NCBI GenBank assembly: GCA_963666985.2 | Contig: CAXXIA010000002.1 | Location: forward strand, 352,001-416,000 | DNA length: 64,000 nt | Reading direction: 5' to 3' | DNA from: Spirochaetia bacterium | GTDB lineage: Bacteria > Spirochaetota > Spirochaetia > DSM-2461 | Shown: positions 60,979 to 64,000 of the stretch, one piece after another | How positions within the stretch are numbered: the stretch's first letter is position 1 | Layout: each line of letters begins with the position of its first letter | Notes under the pieces: generated by a model | The model's input: only the letters and a program-made list of their open reading frames with translations | What the model was told of the DNA's origin: nothing | The model's database searches: none | Position numbers and translations under genes: made by a program

Positions 60979-62244
60979 ATGAACGAACGGAATGCCATTC
61001 AGCCCAAAACCTTCGTCCTCGGATTCGGATTTTTCGGAATCTCCATCATCTGGTCCATGTACAACGCCTACGTGCCGGTCTTTCTGAAGGAAACTTTCGA
61101 TCTTCCCTTCTCGGTCGTGGGTACCGTGATGACGGTGGACAACATCTTCGCCATTATTCTGCTGCCCTTCCTCGGGGCCCTCAGCGACCGAACCCGAAGC
61201 CGCCTGGGAAAACGGCGGCCCTACATCCTCCTCGGAGCCCCGCTGGCCATGGTGTTCTTCATGCTCATCCCGGCGGCCAATCTCTGGCAGAGCCTCGGCC
61301 TGATGATGGGAACCGTCATCCTGATGAACCTTTCCATGGCCCTCTTCCGTTCACCGGTTATCGCCCTGATGCCGGACATCACCCCTTCGAAACACCGCAG
61401 CCAGGCCAACGGCATCATCAACTTCATGGGCGGCATCGGCTCCCTCCTCGTGTTCTTCGGAGGAAAGCCTCTGTACGATACGGATATCCGCCTGCCGTTC
61501 ATCGTCGGCGGCCTGGTGATGTTCGCGGCCAGCATGGCCGTCGTCATCTTCATCCGGGAAGACAAGCCCTATGAAGGAGAGAACAGCGGCTCGCGATTTT
61601 CCTTCGGCGCCTCTTTCCGGGAACTCATGGAAAACCTTCGGGACGTTATCAAAGGAGAAAAGAGTCTTCTCTTCGTCCTTTTGGCCATCTTCTTCTGGTT
61701 CGTGGGATTCAACGCCATCGAAACCTTCTTTACGAGCTATGCCAAGTTTTACATGGGGCTCAAAGAAAGTACCGGAGCCCTTATCCTCGGCGTTTATTCG
61801 GTAATGTTTCTGGCCATCGCCATTCCCGCAGGATTCATCGGCGGCCGCTTCGGACGAAAAAACACCATTCGCTTGGGACTTGCCGCCCTTGTCGTTCTTC
61901 TCATCATTGCAATGTTCTTCAAAGCCTTCCTGCCGGTCGCCGTCATCTTCGGTGTGGCCGGTCTCTCCTGGGGACTTGTAAACGTCAACTCTTTGCCTAT
62001 GGTCGTCGACATGACCACCGAAGAGAAAATCGGCGGCTACACGGGTCTCTACTACTTCTTTTCCCAGGCCGCCAACATCGTCGCCCCTCCCCTGGCGGGC
62101 GCCGTCATCGACCTGGCCACGGACAAAGGGAACCGGCCGGCCGGTTATGTTTCCCTGCTCATCTTCGCCGTCGTTTTCTTCATTCTCGCGGCCCTCGTCA
62201 TTTCCTTCGCCAAACGCGGCGAAGCGGCGGAAACTTCCCGATGA
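60979..62244 (+). CDS. MFS sugar transporter (SLC45/GPH-like)
   Basis: GALSDRTRSRLGKRRPYI, ALMPDITP, ANGIINFMG, GGYTGLYY. Confidence 0.88.
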   Translation: MNERNAIQPKTFVLGFGFFGISIIWSMYNAYVPVFLKETFDLPFSVVGTVMTVDNIFAIILLPFLGALSDRTRSRLGKRRPYILLGAPLAMVFFMLIPAANLWQSLGLMMGTVILMNLSMALFRSPVIALMPDITPSKHRSQANGIINFMGGIGSLLVFFGGKPLYDTDIRLPFIVGGLVMFAASMAVVIFIREDKPYEGENSGSRFSFGASFRELMENLRDVIKGEKSLLFVLLAIFFWFVGFNAIETFFTSYAKFYMGLKESTGALILGVYSVMFLAIAIPAGFIGGRFGRKNTIRLGLAALVVLLIIAMFFKAFLPVAVIFGVAGLSWGLVNVNSLPMVVDMTTEEKIGGYTGLYYFFSQAANIVAPPLAGAVIDLATDKGNRPAGYVSLLIFAVVFFILAALVISFAKRGEAAETSR

Positions 62245-63002
62245 GCCGAAAATCAGGCGGTCCCGGCGGCCGAACCGTTCAAATTCTGGGGCACCGGGGC
62301 TTCTCCGCCCGATACCCCGAAAACACCCTTGCGGCCTTTCGGGCGGCCATGGAATGCGGCGCCGACGGCATTGAACTGGACATCCAGAAAACCGCCGACG
62401 GCCGCTTCGCCGTTATCCACGACGAACTTCTTGAAAGAACCACGAACGGCACGGGATCGGTCGGAAAGAAAACACTGGCGGAACTTCAAACCCTGGATGC
62501 CGGCGGCGGCGAGAAGATTCCCGAACTCGGTGAAGTCCTCGCCGCTTTGGCCGAATTCAAAGGCGCCCTCATCAATGTCGAACTTAAAGGTGAAACCATC
62601 GAATACGGCGACGCCGACGCCGTTCACGGCGTCCTCAAACCCTATGAAGGTACCATAAGGTTTCTCATCTCCTCATTCAAACACGAGCTGCTGCCGCCCT
62701 ACACGAAGCTTGGGTACCAAACAGGCCTGCTCATCGGCGAAGAACATGCGGCCGCGGGACTGCGGGGAATCAGGGCCTCCATCCGCTCGGTTCGGCCCGC
62801 CACGCTCAACCTGCCGCATCAAATCTTCGACATGGTCAAATCTCCGTTCCTCCGCCCCGCGCTGAGGATGCTCCGCCTTTTCGGCCCGCGGCCGGCCTAC
62901 TGGACGGTGAACACCGAAACCGAATACCGCCGCGTCCGCCCCTCGGCCGCTTATATAATCAGCAACGAACCGGAACTGATGCTGAAGCTTCTAAACGCGT
63001 AA
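62241..63002 (+). CDS. Glycerophosphodiester phosphodiesterase family
   Basis: GHRG, PENT, ELDI, HD, NVELK and WTVN motifs. Confidence 0.92.
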   Translation: MSRKSGGPGGRTVQILGHRGFSARYPENTLAAFRAAMECGADGIELDIQKTADGRFAVIHDELLERTTNGTGSVGKKTLAELQTLDAGGGEKIPELGEVLAALAEFKGALINVELKGETIEYGDADAVHGVLKPYEGTIRFLISSFKHELLPPYTKLGYQTGLLIGEEHAAAGLRGIRASIRSVRPATLNLPHQIFDMVKSPFLRPALRMLRLFGPRPAYWTVNTETEYRRVRPSAAYIISNEPELMLKLLNA

Positions 63003-63028
63003 GCCCGGTTAACGCAACGGCCGGGCTT
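63001..63028. terminator. Hairpin between convergent genes
   Basis: AAGCCCGG-loop-CCGGGCTT. Confidence 0.55.
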
Positions 63029-63044
63029 GCCCACAAGCTCTCCC

Positions 63045-64000
63045 CTACAGGGGTGCAGTCCGCAGATGCCTGAAATGACAATGGCTCCCGTTTCTAACCG
63101 ATAAACCGACCTGCCCGTACCGATAGGTCCTTTCAGGATCTTCGGCTTCCAGAACGGGCTCATCGTTGATTGAAAGAGCAAACCGGCCGCCCCGAACATC
63201 GATTTGGAAACGGTAAACGCCGCCCGGAACATAAGAAAAATCGGCTTGCTCCATTACCGAATAGTTCCGATCCTTTTTCAGAAACGCAACGGTATTGGGA
63301 CCGCAAAATCCGAAGGCATAGCTCCTCGCTCCGCCCTGAACCCGAAAATTCATTTGATGATGGAATCCTGAAACGGGACACAGGTCGCAGCGGATTACGG
63401 CATCCTTCATTCCGTACAAACCGGTGTAAACCTCGCCTTCTTCATAACAGCTTCCGCTGAGCTCGTCGTCATCGAGTTCCCAAAGACCGTTGCGGTAGGT
63501 AAACTGGCTGACTTCGCGGTGGAAGCCCCCGTGACCGAAACCGAAGTTTTCCATCCGCTCTTTCGAGAAATCAATATCATAATCGGGAGTGCCGGTAATC
63601 CCGAAGTAATCCACCTTAAACGCCGTCATACCGTGATTCCCGTTCTCGGGGTTCTTTTTTGAAACCAATAAACCGACTTCGCCCAAAAGGGAACCGGGAA
63701 GAGCGGGAATACGAAACGTTAAATCACTCCATGATCCGCCGACGGTAACCAGATCCGAGCGGAGAATTGTTCCGCTGTTCAGGTCTCCGGCATAAATCGA
63801 TACGCGAAGAGGCTGCTCGCCCTCGTTTTTTATGGCCGTCGTCACGGTCTGTCCGGGAAAAGCGATGGGTGTGAATCCGGGATCGTACCGAGAATCATGC
63901 AAATCTCCGGGGCGGTAATAGGTTTTGAGAAACACCTTCATTTCGTTTCCGTCCGCCAGCCGATTGGCCGTTACAAGAAGAGCCCGATGAGAATCCCGTC
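63045..64000 (-). CDS. C-terminal part of a large protein, probably ADP-ribosylglycohydrolase family with jelly-roll domains; truncated by the window edge
   Basis: Frame is open to base 64000; TYYRPxDxHDSRYDP motif recalled from this family; concanavalin-like beta C-terminus. Confidence 0.55.
   Translation of the reverse strand, partial: RDSHRALLVTANRLADGNEMKVFLKTYYRPGDLHDSRYDPGFTPIAFPGQTVTTAIKNEGEQPLRVSIYAGDLNSGTILRSDLVTVGGSWSDLTFRIPALPGSLLGEVGLLVSKKNPENGNHGMTAFKVDYFGITGTPDYDIDFSKERMENFGFGHGGFHREVSQFTYRNGLWELDDDELSGSCYEEGEVYTGLYGMKDAVIRCDLCPVSGFHHQMNFRVQGGARSYAFGFCGPNTVAFLKKDRNYSVMEQADFSYVPGGVYRFQIDVRGGRFALSINDEPVLEAEDPERTYRYGQVGLSVRNGSHCHFRHLRTAPL

Overview
GC-rich bacterial chromosomal segment, probably from a free-living anaerobic spirochaete (inferred from prmC-rel adjacency, FemX, MetG type and spirochaete-style lipoproteins; not database-verified). 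The first ~11 kb is a defence island: a 5'-truncated SF1 helicase abutting a type I R-M operon (hsdM-[Abi/HEPN]-hsdS-hsdR), then HigB/HigA-ImmA and VapBC-type TA pairs. The most interesting item is the Abi-family HEPN gene nested between hsdM and hsdS, with a nested hairpin at its 5' end that could be an RNA antitoxin. The rest is mostly housekeeping and metabolism (prmC, rel, trmL, fhs, truA, femX, metG, a vor/buk/ptb cluster, hflKC, ftsH, transporters). It also contains a 9.4-kb three-gene surface operon (beta-barrel/transglutaminase-like/TPR protein plus two large repeat lipoproteins), AT-rich single-gene islets, two highly structured intergenic elements, a 60-bp tandem repeat, a frameshifted beta-barrel gene and a recurring leaderless-promoter architecture. 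No rRNA, tRNA, CRISPR array or transposase was seen. All calls come from reading motifs by eye.
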